Of a stretch of 64,000 nucleotides of DNA, positions 1-10,736 are shown one piece after another. Origin of the DNA: Oculina patagonica (lineage: Eukaryota). The stretch covers positions 20,336,001-20,400,000 of the forward strand of contig NC_135761.1 in the NCBI RefSeq assembly GCF_052425735.1. Reading direction: 5' to 3'. A program made the translations under genes and the position numbers. The notes beneath the pieces were generated by a model, which saw only the letters and a program-made list of their open reading frames with translations, had not been told where the DNA came from and did not search any database. How positions within the stretch are numbered: position 1 is the first letter of the stretch; the number at the start of each line of letters is the position of its first letter.

Positions 1-1237
1 GAAGTGCAGAATTACCTAAAAAGTCAAACGGCCTGGTTAATTCCCAGTGAAGGTTAGTTCTGTTTTTGTACAGTTGTCAATGTCCTCAGTCCAAAACGTG
101 TCTGATAATATTAGGCTGTTCACAACCTCTTCATTATTTCAACGCAAAAAAACGCAAGAGAAATTCTCGCCCCCAAGCCCTACCCCCTCCAGCCTCCAGT
201 TTTGCGCTGGTGACCAGTTCTCTCGCAAAACTTTTCGCACATTCAACGATACATTCAAAAGTAGGAAAAAAAGAAATACTCCAGAATAAGAATACTGTAG
301 ATTCCTCACGTGACTAATTAGTAATATGAGACTCACCTTGACTCCCTGAACCGCCGTCAGGAGGGGGGAGTAGGGACTGGGAAGGAAAAGACGAAACGTT
401 ATTAAACCAAAACCCTGTCGTTTTCAAAATGTGAAGATTTGTTGTTGACATACTTTGTTGCGTATCAAGCTATCACTCTACCGAGGTCAAACGCAGTTAT
501 TACCTTTAGACGATTATACTATATAGGATTGGTGCATTGCCAGCTTTTTTGAGAGGGATATCAAATGCTGCATAACCCGTTAACCCCGCACCTCCTGAAA
601 GTGCCATAATACAAATTTGTCAAATTTTCTTAAATACTATTTGGGATGTACAACATTACCACTTGAAAGTACTACTTAACAGCTTTCATTTGGATGGTCA
701 CACTAGGGTTTTATTCACAGACTAAAAAGTCAAAACCACGTTGTCCAGCGTAGTAGACAGTACCGCATGAAAGTGCTAAGTAGCTTAGATTGAATAGCCA
801 CACGACAGGGTTTCATCCACAGACCAAAACCACCTTGTACGGCGTAATATACTGCATGAACAGATGAACGTATTGCTCAATAGCTTTTGCTTGAATGATC
901 AGACACGGGTTTATTTTACAGTTTGAAACATTAGAATGGTATGACGGCTCAAATCTCAAGGTCAGGCTGAAATTAGATCTACAGTTAAATTCTCCTTTCT
1001 GTTTTCCATACTTTTTCTATAGAACCTCTTGGGAGAATTGAATCCCATCTGAGATGATCAAGTACGTCATTCTCGTGACCTGTTTACTCGGATTTGTTAT
1101 AAAAAGGTTAAAAATAGACAAGAACAAGGACGAGAATCTAGAGAAACATTTGAAACAGTCACGTCGTGTTTGAACTTTCTCTCCGTTGAAAGATAATAGG
1201 ATGTTGTAGCACTTAGAAAATCATCATTCGCAATTCA

Positions 1238-1273
1238 TTTATTTATTTATTTATTTATATTTATTTATTTATT
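1238..1273. repeat. (ATTT)n microsatellite
   Basis: About 8 imperfect ATTT units are directly visible. Confidence 0.85.
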
Positions 1274-2296
1274 ACAATCGTCATTGAAAATACAGAAAGG
1301 TCCATAACGGTTCGCATAATAAATTATTGGTCATTATTGTGATCGAGTTAAATATTGGAGAGGGTGGAAAATCGGATTGAGAATTCCGCACGTAAATTTT
1401 GATAGCTTTGTCGATCAAGATTGTCGAGGTTGACAGTCGCGTGCAGTTCTTACATTGCAGCGTTTTCACATTGATGCCTAACTGTAGGAGATAAGTGAGT
1501 TAGTTCTGGTCTCCTTCTCTTTGAAAAAATTCGCTCAAGTTCACCTTGCAGACCTTGGAAATCTTGATGCACGTTTGGCACAGATGTAATTAAAGTTATT
1601 TAAAGCATTAATAGGTTTTACTACAGCAACAAAATTACTCCCTTACCTGGTCTAACGAGTACATTTCCTCTGCAGAGCGAAGCCAAAACAGTTAGTATAA
1701 AAACAAGTCTTCTAACACCGAAGATTTCAATTGTACAGTGATCACGGGGTTTCATTATTTACAGCAGCTGAAAGACCTTCAGCTTTCCGTGAGGATTAAA
1801 ATCGGCTGTTAGCACTGAAACAACAATTCAGTAAAGTGACCTTTAAATTTAAAAGGTCATATGCTATTATTATTGCGTATTTCCTGTTGACTGATCTTTA
1901 AATGATTTGGATGGCGCGGATTGACTGAACGGAACCTTGAAGACGCTCAAAACAGCTCAATTTTCAAACTGCTTGGCCCATAGTTTTCAGTTTTACCCTC
2001 TTGAAAATTGTTTTACAAGGTCCATCTTCATAAAGAAAATTAAACACATATTATGATTGTAGTTTCAGTCTTTCCAATTTTATAATCGTCCAATCAGAAA
2101 CAACACGGTCACGTCAGTCAGTGTCACAATCAGAAAAGTCACGTTATCTAGCAACACTGGCTAAGAAAGACCGCGGGCTCATTTAACTTTCCTAGACTGT
2201 TAAGAATTACGTCAGTTTGAGAACTGGTCAGAGATGGATAGTTTCCTGCTTTGAATAAGCCGTCGAGATAGACTTACTATTTGTTAAGACATGGTG

Positions 2297-2558
2297 CTAC
2301 AATCTTGGACAAAATTTGTTTTGACCAAACGCATTTCACGCATTTCTCACAAATGTCCTGACTTGCAAGCGGGTAAAAATATTTTATCCCCCTCTCCCCC
2401 TACTCAACACGTTGTTTCTTGGAGTTTGCGGTTCGCCAGGCCTTGAACATTGAAATGGGCTTGGAAAAAGGGGGGGGGGGGGGGGGGGTTGGATAACTGG
2501 ACTGTGGTACCTAAATTAAATTTGCCCAGTGTTTTAACAGTTTTGTCCAAGATTGCAG
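2297..2558. mobile_element. Small MITE-like element with ~18-bp TIRs and an internal poly-G tract
   Basis: ctacaatcttggacaaaa (2297-2314) is the inverted match of ttttgtccaagattgcag (2541-2558), with 1 mismatch. Confidence 0.55.
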
Positions 2559-3697
2559 TCAGTTGGATCCAAAATGCCAAACCTGTGCGATGGGGTCTAC
2601 TTGAGTCCCTCGTTTCCCTTTTGTCTGTAGTCATTTCAAAAGCATAAACGCATCCATTCAAACAAAAACCCTTTCGGTTGCTCATCTACTTATTCGAAGA
2701 AATTTCAGTGCTTCAAGTGCAATTCCCAAGTTGCAATACTAACAGTGTCGCGACAAACCATTGCAGTCACTCGACAATAACGGATATGAGACAATATTCT
2801 AATGAATGAACACACTCTTATCGTCATCTCAAGGTTGTAAGGTGGATCGCTACCCAGTTGGTGCCTGTAGTGAGGTCGGATCAAGTGAATTGGTCGTTTG
2901 CCAGAGGTTAAAAATATAGAAAATCTCAAACCATTGGACCTTAAAATGGCCGCGGTCGCATACGAGATGTGGTCACTCATGTAAGTCTCTGAATGCAGTG
3001 ATTTGACTGGAAAAATTTAATTAATTTTCGATCTTTACTTCCTTATATCTTTCAACAAAAAGAGGAGACTGTCCCCCGATCCCATTCCTAGATCCGTCCA
3101 TGAGTTGTGGAGGTTTCCTCCAAATTTCGTTGCCGTAGTTCTTGTGTTGTATCAGTATTGCGGATGTTAAAATTCACAAATCCATCTAATTATACGCAAA
3201 AGTGCAAGACCAAAGAAAGTACAAAAGCGTGTAAGCGGTTTTGTCTGTAACGGGTTACTGCTACTCGAGCCTTCTGAGCCACTGTTCTCAGTACTGTTGT
3301 GTCTATTGGTAATACTGGAGTAGAACAATTATGGAAGGATTTGCAAATCAATTAAGGGAGTAAAAGGGTGGTGCAGTTGTTGTTACTATACTTTTGATAT
3401 AACGTGGCACAGAATTCCAACCCTTTTATTACCCTTGTAACGCCTTTAAACAAATGTTTCAATATAATCTACTATCCTTGCTTTCTTTTGTTTTTCTATG
3501 AACAGTTTTTTTTTGCGGCCACCATATTGCTATTATTATTATTAATTTTCGGATTATTTATTTTATTTATTATATTCCACAAAAAACGACGAAGATAATC
3601 GCAAATATTGAGTCTGCCATAATTTTCTTATAGTAATAAAACAGTTGCAGTAGTATTGTTTTGCTCTTTTAGAGAACTGAAACGAATATGGAAGTGT

Positions 3698-6600
3698 TTA
3701 TGCTATGCCATAGCACTTTAGCTTTCCCAGTGTGTGATAACCTTCCTCGCCACTTGATACATCCCCAAACCTGAGCTGTTTAACTGGAAGATGTGTCTTG
3801 TCAGTGAGGAGACCGCTGTCCTCACGCCATACAGCGTCATTCTTATCACAGTTACAACCATACCTGGAGTCTGCACATGAGTTGTTCATCCCGCATGCGC
3901 ACTTACCACTACCAGGTGATGCTCCGCCCCAGTACGTCATCTTACTAGAGTCACGTGACACCCACCAGGCTGATCCGACTCTGAGCATCATTGAACTATA
4001 ACACTCGTACTTGATAAACTGCTCACAGTGTAAGGATACCCTGGTGAGACTCGCCAACTGAGGCAGACTCGCTCCAGTATAATGAATGTCACGCGAATAA
4101 CAACCGTGATCTTCACATCCGTCTACGTGCGTCCTGCTTTCACTGTCGTGATTTATTACTGTCACGCCAACTCCATTCTTGTCACTCATGTCACAATAAA
4201 CTGTAAATGGTGCCAGGCCTCCCGAGCCATCTGGACCAATGACGTAATTTCCGCTTACACTGCTGGCGTGTTTTCTTATCCCAGAACACGAAGTCGCAAT
4301 AACTGGGGAATTGATTTTGACCTTGGCTTCTATTATTGACAAAGCATTAGTCGCTCTACAGGTGTAAGATCCTTCGTGTGATTTCTTGATGTTCTGAATC
4401 AGCAGTGTTTCATTCTGTAGAACATTGGACTCTACAGGAAGTAGAGACTTACCATCCTTTGTCCAAGTGATTGTAGTTCTCAGGTCACTCTCGGCCACAC
4501 ACGGCAGATGGAGACTTAAACCAATCACAGGAGTCACCTCTTGAGGAGGACGGACTTTAAAACGCAAAGGAGGGAATACCGTTAGTTGAGCAGTGTCAGT
4601 TGCCGATCCCAGAATATTCTCTGCTTTACAAATGTATGTTCCACCGTCCTTTCTTGTCACACTGTTAATAGTCAACGTTCCATTCACCACTTTATTTCTG
4701 TCTTCAGGCAAACTACCTACTGACTTAGCCCACGCGACACTGGGAGGCGGCTGACCATAACCACTGCAGGCGATGGTAACGTTTTGTTTTTCTTCAGCAA
4801 TCAGCCGATTGGATGATAATAAAAGTTTAGGAGCGACTGTTGAAAAAAAGGAATTATTTTCCTTTGGCAAAACATACTACGTTTACAATTTACTGAATAA
4901 ATTTTAACCAACACCTACTTTATTGTAAAGTTCACTCCAGAATGGCCATTTATTTTCTTCACGCCAATAAAAAGTTAATACAAAGATATGTTATTCACAA
5001 AAATTTCAGCCTCCAACGTACGCTTTAACCCTACGAAATCTTTCCCAGAACTCAACAACTGAACACCGCCATCTTGGAGCTGGTAATGTATGCTTGACGT
5101 CAAAGAGCTCAGCATGAAGTTTGGCGGGAAAATTAAAATACTCGAAACTCCTTGTTTCTTCGTCTTTTGTTTCTCAAAATTCCTGTTTTGCAGCTCCATT
5201 CTGCTCAAACAGCTCCAAGAGCTACAAAAAACAAGGAGTTCTGACTATTAAATCTTTCCGCCAAAATTCAGGCTTAGCTCTTTGACGTCACGCATACAAT
5301 ACCAGCTTCAAGATGGCGGGGTTCAGTTATCGAGTTTTAGGAAAGATTTCGTAGGGTTATAGCAAACGTTAGAGGCTGACATTTTGGTGAATAACATGTC
5401 TTTGTGTAAACTTTTTATTGGCGTGAAGAAAATAAATGGCCATTTTGGAGTGAATCGAACTTCTCCTTTAACGTTGTTTCACATGTATATTTTGTTTAAT
5501 TACGTATACCTATTTATAACCTAGTCAAATTGTAGGCTACTTTCAGCACGTTTATTTCAATTTAAATGTCATGGGATAAATGCGGCCCGATATGAAAGGA
5601 ATTGGCATATTTCGCACCAACTCATAACAAAACCTTCCAGTGACCAAAAACCCTATCTTTACAGCGGACTTTTAGTAACACTGATCTAAATTATATAACT
5701 TACACTGGACAGTTAATTTCGCCGAGGCATTCACTTGTCCCAGCAAATTTTCCACTCTGCAGCTGTAAACTCCGTCGTCTCCAGGTCTAACGTCCTTCAC
5801 AATCAGTGCGCCACTGGACTCTACCACGTGACGTCCAACCGGCAGCGATGAATTCAGCTTAGACCACGTGACTTTTGGACTTGGATTACCATCCGCTGTA
5901 CATTTCAAGATGGCTGTCTGACTTTCATTGACTGTCGTTCCAACAGGACGCTGCAGCAGAGATGGAGCCGAGATGGACTGGCCCGGTTCACCTTTGACGC
6001 CTTTCATACCCGGTGGGCCTCTAGGTCCCACGGGACCGGGGTCTCCTGGTACTCCGATATCCCCCTTTATACCCATCGGTCCTTGAGCTCCTATTGGTCC
6101 ATGTTTACCGGGAGGTCCGTTTGATCCGGGTCTCCCTGGGGGACCTGACTTCCCTCGGGTTCCCAGTTTTCCTCGTCGTCCCGTGTTACCTTTTGGTCCC
6201 GTGCGACAGAGCGTGTGATCTTTAGCACAGACTTGGTTTTGCAGCAGACCAAATTCTTGTTTGACCAGTGCTTGTACTTCAGAGGCGGTAAGGGTTGATT
6301 TCTTTTGTGGATCATCCGTCGAAGAGCGTTTCTGTCTTGAGATGGTCGCCTGTTTACCTGTAAAATTATAGTTATTTGTTTATTAACGTACACTCTTTCA
6401 ACCATTCTTTGACGTTCAGCGGTTGGTATGATGCGACGTATTTCCGCTTTGATTTGTCAATGTGACTAACTGACTTAGATCCCAGCTCTCCTCTGGGAGA
6501 ATGCGGCCTCCGGAGGGGGGGGGGGGGTCGCATAACAAAGGGACGGGGATGCTCGTCGGAAATTTTGAAATGAACCTCTAAAAGAGACCAATCTGGTGTG

Positions 6601-7923
6601 GCTCAAGCTTTTCCTGACCCCTAAAAGATACAAAAAAAACTAAGAATAGAATTTATATTTGTATATTTCTTCCTGTGCACCTCTAAACGAGACCATTATG
6701 GCTAAAAATATTGGCGTTTTGCCTGGAACACCCTAAGCGAGGTCAACATCCGAAATTTACACCCCTAAGCGTGTACACTCATATGCGAGTCTCCCCCCCC
6801 CCCCCCGGGATAGGTCCATATCATTGAAATCTTTTGAAATTGTAACTATTCGTGTTAGAAAAACCACTTTCTTTATTTTTTTATTTTTTATTGCAATTAC
6901 AAAAAAGAAAATTAATTACACAGTAAAGTTACATACATTTTAGGAATAGGAAAAAAAAAAATAATAATGAAAAAAAATAAAATAAAGTTAATTAATAAAT
7001 GTGATAATTACACTTCACTATTACAATTCTCAAGTTATTACACGCACAAAGATAGCCTTAAGGATAGTAACATTTGAAATAATAACAATACATATTTATT
7101 ATATAGGTTTAATTATCCATTTTTTATTAAAATATTCTTTTTTGTGATTTTACTTTCTATTTCATACTTAATTTTAATTTTGGCTTTAAACCCCGCAATT
7201 TTAGGAAGGGTTTGACTTCTTCTGCAGTCCCATAAGAACAATTTTCCAATAATTATGAAGTAATTTAATAGATCAAGTAAAGGGCATTTTTCCGTAAATA
7301 TTCCAAATAAAACATATTTTAGGGGGAGGTGGATTTTCTGTTTTGATAGTAGGTGCCAGTATGATGCAAAATCTGTCCAGAATTGTCTAGTGTGGGAACA
7401 GTTATAAAAGAAATGATTTGAGGTTTCTGACTCAGTTGTACAAAACGTACACAAATCATCGCTTTTGTAACCAATTTTAAGTAATGTAGTATTCGTATAA
7501 AAAAAAAAGTTTATAACTTTATATTGGAAAGCTTTAACATAAGATTCAAGTGCAGGAACAACATGTTTCTGCTTGGACAAAAGGCGCGCCAGAATAACTG
7601 ACAAATTACACAAGAACCTATGCTCTTAAAAAAATCTCAGTAACGTAACTGAACATACCTTTGGAGGCTTGCCAATGGCGTCCTGTAGCCATAACGTGCC
7701 ATCTTTCGTATTGTTGTTGTACTTTTAGCAGGAGTTTTGTTTCCATCTTATCACAGAATGTTACTGAGTGCGATATCAGTCGATGATGTTCTTGTATTCT
7801 GAGTTCCACGTGAATTAGCGAGATACAACACACAACAGACAACAGTAAGCCTGACGCGGAACACAAGCGGTGCCGTGTTTGTCTTCTGTTCGTCTGCTTC
7901 TTTTCTTTATCTTGGTGTCTCAT
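3698..7923 (-). CDS. Copy 1: type II TM-furin-collagen-3xIg-Caspr-type fibrinogen-like protein (CniFL-like), 685 aa; exons 7659-7923, 5704-6357, 3698-4836
   Basis: Exon 1 runs from the ATG through a basic tail and hydrophobic [20 protein letters not shown] to the donor AAG|GTATG. Exon 2 (654 nt, CAG acceptor, T|GTAAGT donor) encodes RQKR, 25 GXY triplets and an Ig domain. Exon 3 encodes 2 Ig domains plus [23 protein letters not shown]. Both introns are phase 1 and the joined frame is open. Confidence 0.9.
4927..5470. mobile_element. Palindromic MITE (long inverted arms) in intron 2 of copy 1
   Basis: ttcactccagaatggccatttattttcttcacgccaataaaaagtt (from 4931) mirrors aactttttattggcgtgaagaaaataaatggccattttggagtgaa (to 5454), and the arms extend about 250 bp. 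Absent from intron 2 of the other copies. Confidence 0.8.
6510..6810. mobile_element. ~300-bp MITE-like insert with poly-G/poly-C ends in intron 1 of copy 1 (paralogous insert at 54065-54372 in copy 8)
   Basis: gggggtcgcata...tatgcgagtctccccc ends. The same insert sits at the same position in copy 8 and is absent in copy 3 intron 1. Confidence 0.65.
6868..7559 (-). mobile_element. 5'-truncated non-LTR retrotransposon (L1/Tx1-like ORF2 C-terminal zinc-finger fragment with A-rich tail) in intron 1 of copy 1
   Basis: ORF 7113-7613 contains CTFC..ETSNHFFYNC..FW, typical of the zf-RVT region after LINE RT. There is an A-rich 3' end near 6870, and the flanks join up in copy 8 intron 1. Confidence 0.75.
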
Positions 7924-8159
7924 CGTCGCAACTGTCACTGCAATCTTGCGATGTCAAATTGATTTAAACGGCGTTTTGTTCACTCTTGAGTTGCTTACAG
8001 ATAAGTCCACTGTAGGGTTAATCGATCAGTGAAAGGACGATGTCAAATTGATGGTCCGATTTTCATTGAGACTCGCAAATGTAACACGAATCCAAATGTT
8101 AACCGATGCGGTGTAAAAATAGAAGCATTTGTCTGTGTTCGTTATGACGATTCAGTATC

Positions 8160-8206
8160 ACAGGAAGTATAATATTTTTTTACTGAGGTCACATTTATTT
8201 ACCACA
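8160..8206. promoter_or_regulatory. Conserved upstream block (ACAGGAAGT ETS-like, RGGTCA, ACCACA RUNX-like) about 240 bp 5' of the ATG; paralogous blocks near 13548, 19383, 35292, 39694, 44602, 50489, 55746 and 55965
   Basis: The ETS-like motif is seen upstream of all eight exon 1s, and ACCACA in six of them. Function is inferred only. Confidence 0.35.
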
Positions 8207-9118
8207 CGGATTGACCACAGCGTCTGAGCTGATGCCAGTGGGTGTACGAACACGTGTCTGGGGAGGGGAGGGGTAAATACTATCTCGACGGAGAGTTGTA
8301 TAAACCGTCAATTGTGAAAAAAATAAATTTAGAAGGTATTTCAAGCAACAATTAAAAGAGAGATAAATGGTAACTTGTTTCATTGATCATTGCGGGTCGT
8401 AGAGTTCACGAATAATTAATATCATAACTTTGTAACCCGTTCTTTGCCGTTTGCCGCGCAATACTCTTCAGACAGTGGTTTAAATAGGTTGTTCACAACA
8501 GCTGAGAGAATTCTACTGCAGTAACTTAACTGAAAAGGTAAAACTTGAGAAATTCATATTTCTCTTTCTGGGAAAGGAAATATGAGAGTTTTGAATGGTC
8601 ATTTTGAGACATTTGGGACTAAATCGGAGCCTTTAGCAGAAAAAAAGTCATCTGCTGCGATCTGTCACGCGTACGAGTATTTCGCACTAAGTTCCCTCTA
8701 ATTTACTAGTCTATAACACTGAATGAAAATCTGAATGGAAACACTGCGTTATTAAATAATTCTTTTAACGAAGAAAGATGCATCAGCTGATGATTAAGTC
8801 TAGTTAATCCGATTCCAACCAATTTACCGGCGCATACTTCACTTCCTTGATGGAGCACGTAGTATCCACTTTGTGCAAAAACAGGGTCTATGTTTTCTCG
8901 ACAATACGTAAATGTATATTTTCAGCTCGCTATTAGAAATGCTTACCCGTGCTATATGACAAAAGTTCAAGCCAGTACAAAGAGTGAAATAGCATGTAAC
9001 CGTTGGTAAAACTACTTGGTAAAATACCAAAAAAAAAGATAAAAATAAAAAAACGCCTTTGATTGCAGTTTACAGATTACAGATTTTTACGAAGGTGTCA
9101 CTTTACAATAATCACTAA

Positions 9119-9358
9119 GGCACCGTTCACACTGACCCGGGTAAATTTGAAAACGCATCTTTTTTTCTCTCCGGTCAGGCCAACCATCCACACTGAAACG
9201 GCGTTTTCGGTCACCGAAAACGGAACTTTTTAAAAACGCTCACCAATGAAGCGTATCGTTTTCAAATTTACCCTGGTTCATGTGGACGGAAAACATTTTA
9301 CCAGGCGTTTTCAAATTTCTCCGTTTTCAAATGTACCCGGGTCAGTGTGGACGGGGCC
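9119..9358. mobile_element. PIF/Harbinger-like MITE (paralogous copy 57109-57345)
   Basis: TIR ggcaccgttcacactgacccgggta / tacccgggtcagtgtggacggggcc, flanked by TAA on both sides. Confidence 0.75.
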
Positions 9359-9367
9359 TAAGTAACT

Positions 9368-10169
9368 GGGCGCTTTCCATTCGACCAAAAATTCCGGAAA
9401 TTTCGGGACAAGAGCGGTCAAGAGCGAATGGTACAGAAATTTCCTGGGAATTGAAGTTCCAGAAAATCCGGAAAGTGTTGACTTTCCGAAATGCGAAGCA
9501 TTCAACCGAAAATCCCGGAAATTCCAAGAGCAAAATCGAATGGAACTGAAATTTCCGGGAAATTGTTTTCGAAAATTTGGGTCTACCTCCGAGGCTGTCC
9601 TCTTTTCTGGAAATTTTGGAAAAACCGCCATTTTACACTCAGCTCGAGTTCCTTTGGCCGAAAATTTAGCGAGTTCGGCAGCTGAAAGCAGCTACATGTG
9701 TTTAGAAAGCATTCTTAAAACTCCATAAAAAAAATTAAGGCCTCGTGGTTAACTTGAATTGGTTGTTTTTCGTTTTTGTTTTGCAGGCGACAGCAAAGAA
9801 ATGTACAAATATTTATAACGCGCGTGCAGGATACGTCATTGTATTGTTCATTAAACTTTTTGTTTGGCGACGTTTTCGTTGCTTGTGTGCCTTTTGAAGG
9901 TTCCCTGTTGTTGTGCCCACGATGTCGGTCTTTGCGGTTTATCAGTGCTCGGAATGCTTTTTTATTTGCCAAAAAAATTGAGTTATTTGTTCAGCAAACC
10001 TGCCACAGTGCATTATTTAAATGTACTGTGAAGATTTCCATATAAGACGCACTTCCATATGCAAATTTTTTTTTGCATTTCGGACAGTCAACCGGAAAAT
10101 GATGTTCCATTCGCCCATGGAATTTTCCAGAAATTCAAACCAGAATCTTTGGTCGAATGGAACGCGCCC
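9368..10169. mobile_element. Non-autonomous TIR element (paralogous copy 57355-62112 is interrupted by a 4-kb insertion)
   Basis: TIR gggcgctttccattcgaccaaa / tttggtcgaatggaacgcgccc, with internal (tt)ccggaaa motifs. Confidence 0.7.
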
Positions 10170-10736
10170 ACAGTTTCTGCCCGTTGTGTAAATATATTTT
10201 CAGCCCGCTATTAGAGATGCATACCCGTGCCATGCAAAGAAACTACAAGCCAATACAAATTGTTATAGCGTGTAAGCGTTTTTGCTTGATGCAACATGAC
10301 TCTAAATATACTTTGTAAAATACAAAAAAAAAACAGGAAGAAACGCCTTTTATTTTCTTGATTTGTGATTGCTGTATACACTTCAGTTACGAAGCTCTCA
10401 CTTTACATTTGTCACTAAGTGAAACTGATTTTTTCCTATTCGTCGCTCGGATTATCCTAGCTTGTTTTTATGCCAGTTATCGTATAGGGAAGATATTTGT
10501 TTACAAACATTGTCTTTGTTATTTAAATGTCCAACAAGTTAAACAAAAGAACTCTTTGTTTCACTAGCCAATAGTTCTCTGGTTGGCACATTAATAACAA
10601 TCGGTGACGTCAACGATATCTTTGCTGTTGCTATTCTTATTGACACATTACAAGGCTAAAAGCGTATTTTAAAAATAAAAAGATGCTGTTCGTATTGTTT
10701 TACTCTCTTGAGAGTACTTAAATGATATTTGAATGT

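Noticed and set aside
1-3600. Short ORFs and a diverged ~100-bp repeat (tagctttcatttggatggtcacac, ~660-920; also ~13950-14400 and ~40080-40500)
   Set aside because: No protein similarity was recognised, and the repeat is too degenerate to delimit or classify by eye.
3798-4339. Recurrent plus-strand ORFs overlapping exons 2 and 3 of each copy (for example [10 protein letters not shown]..., and GPG-rich ORFs such as 33799-34089)
   Set aside because: These are antisense shadows of the real minus-strand CDS and recur only because the gene is duplicated.
3698-4870. Treating each exon 3 ORF as a standalone Caspr/neurexin gene
   Set aside because: The ORF starts are TTG/GTG in intronic sequence or internal codons, a conserved acceptor precedes xAP(K/T)L, and there are no LamG/EGF/discoidin domains. 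No gene symbol was assigned.
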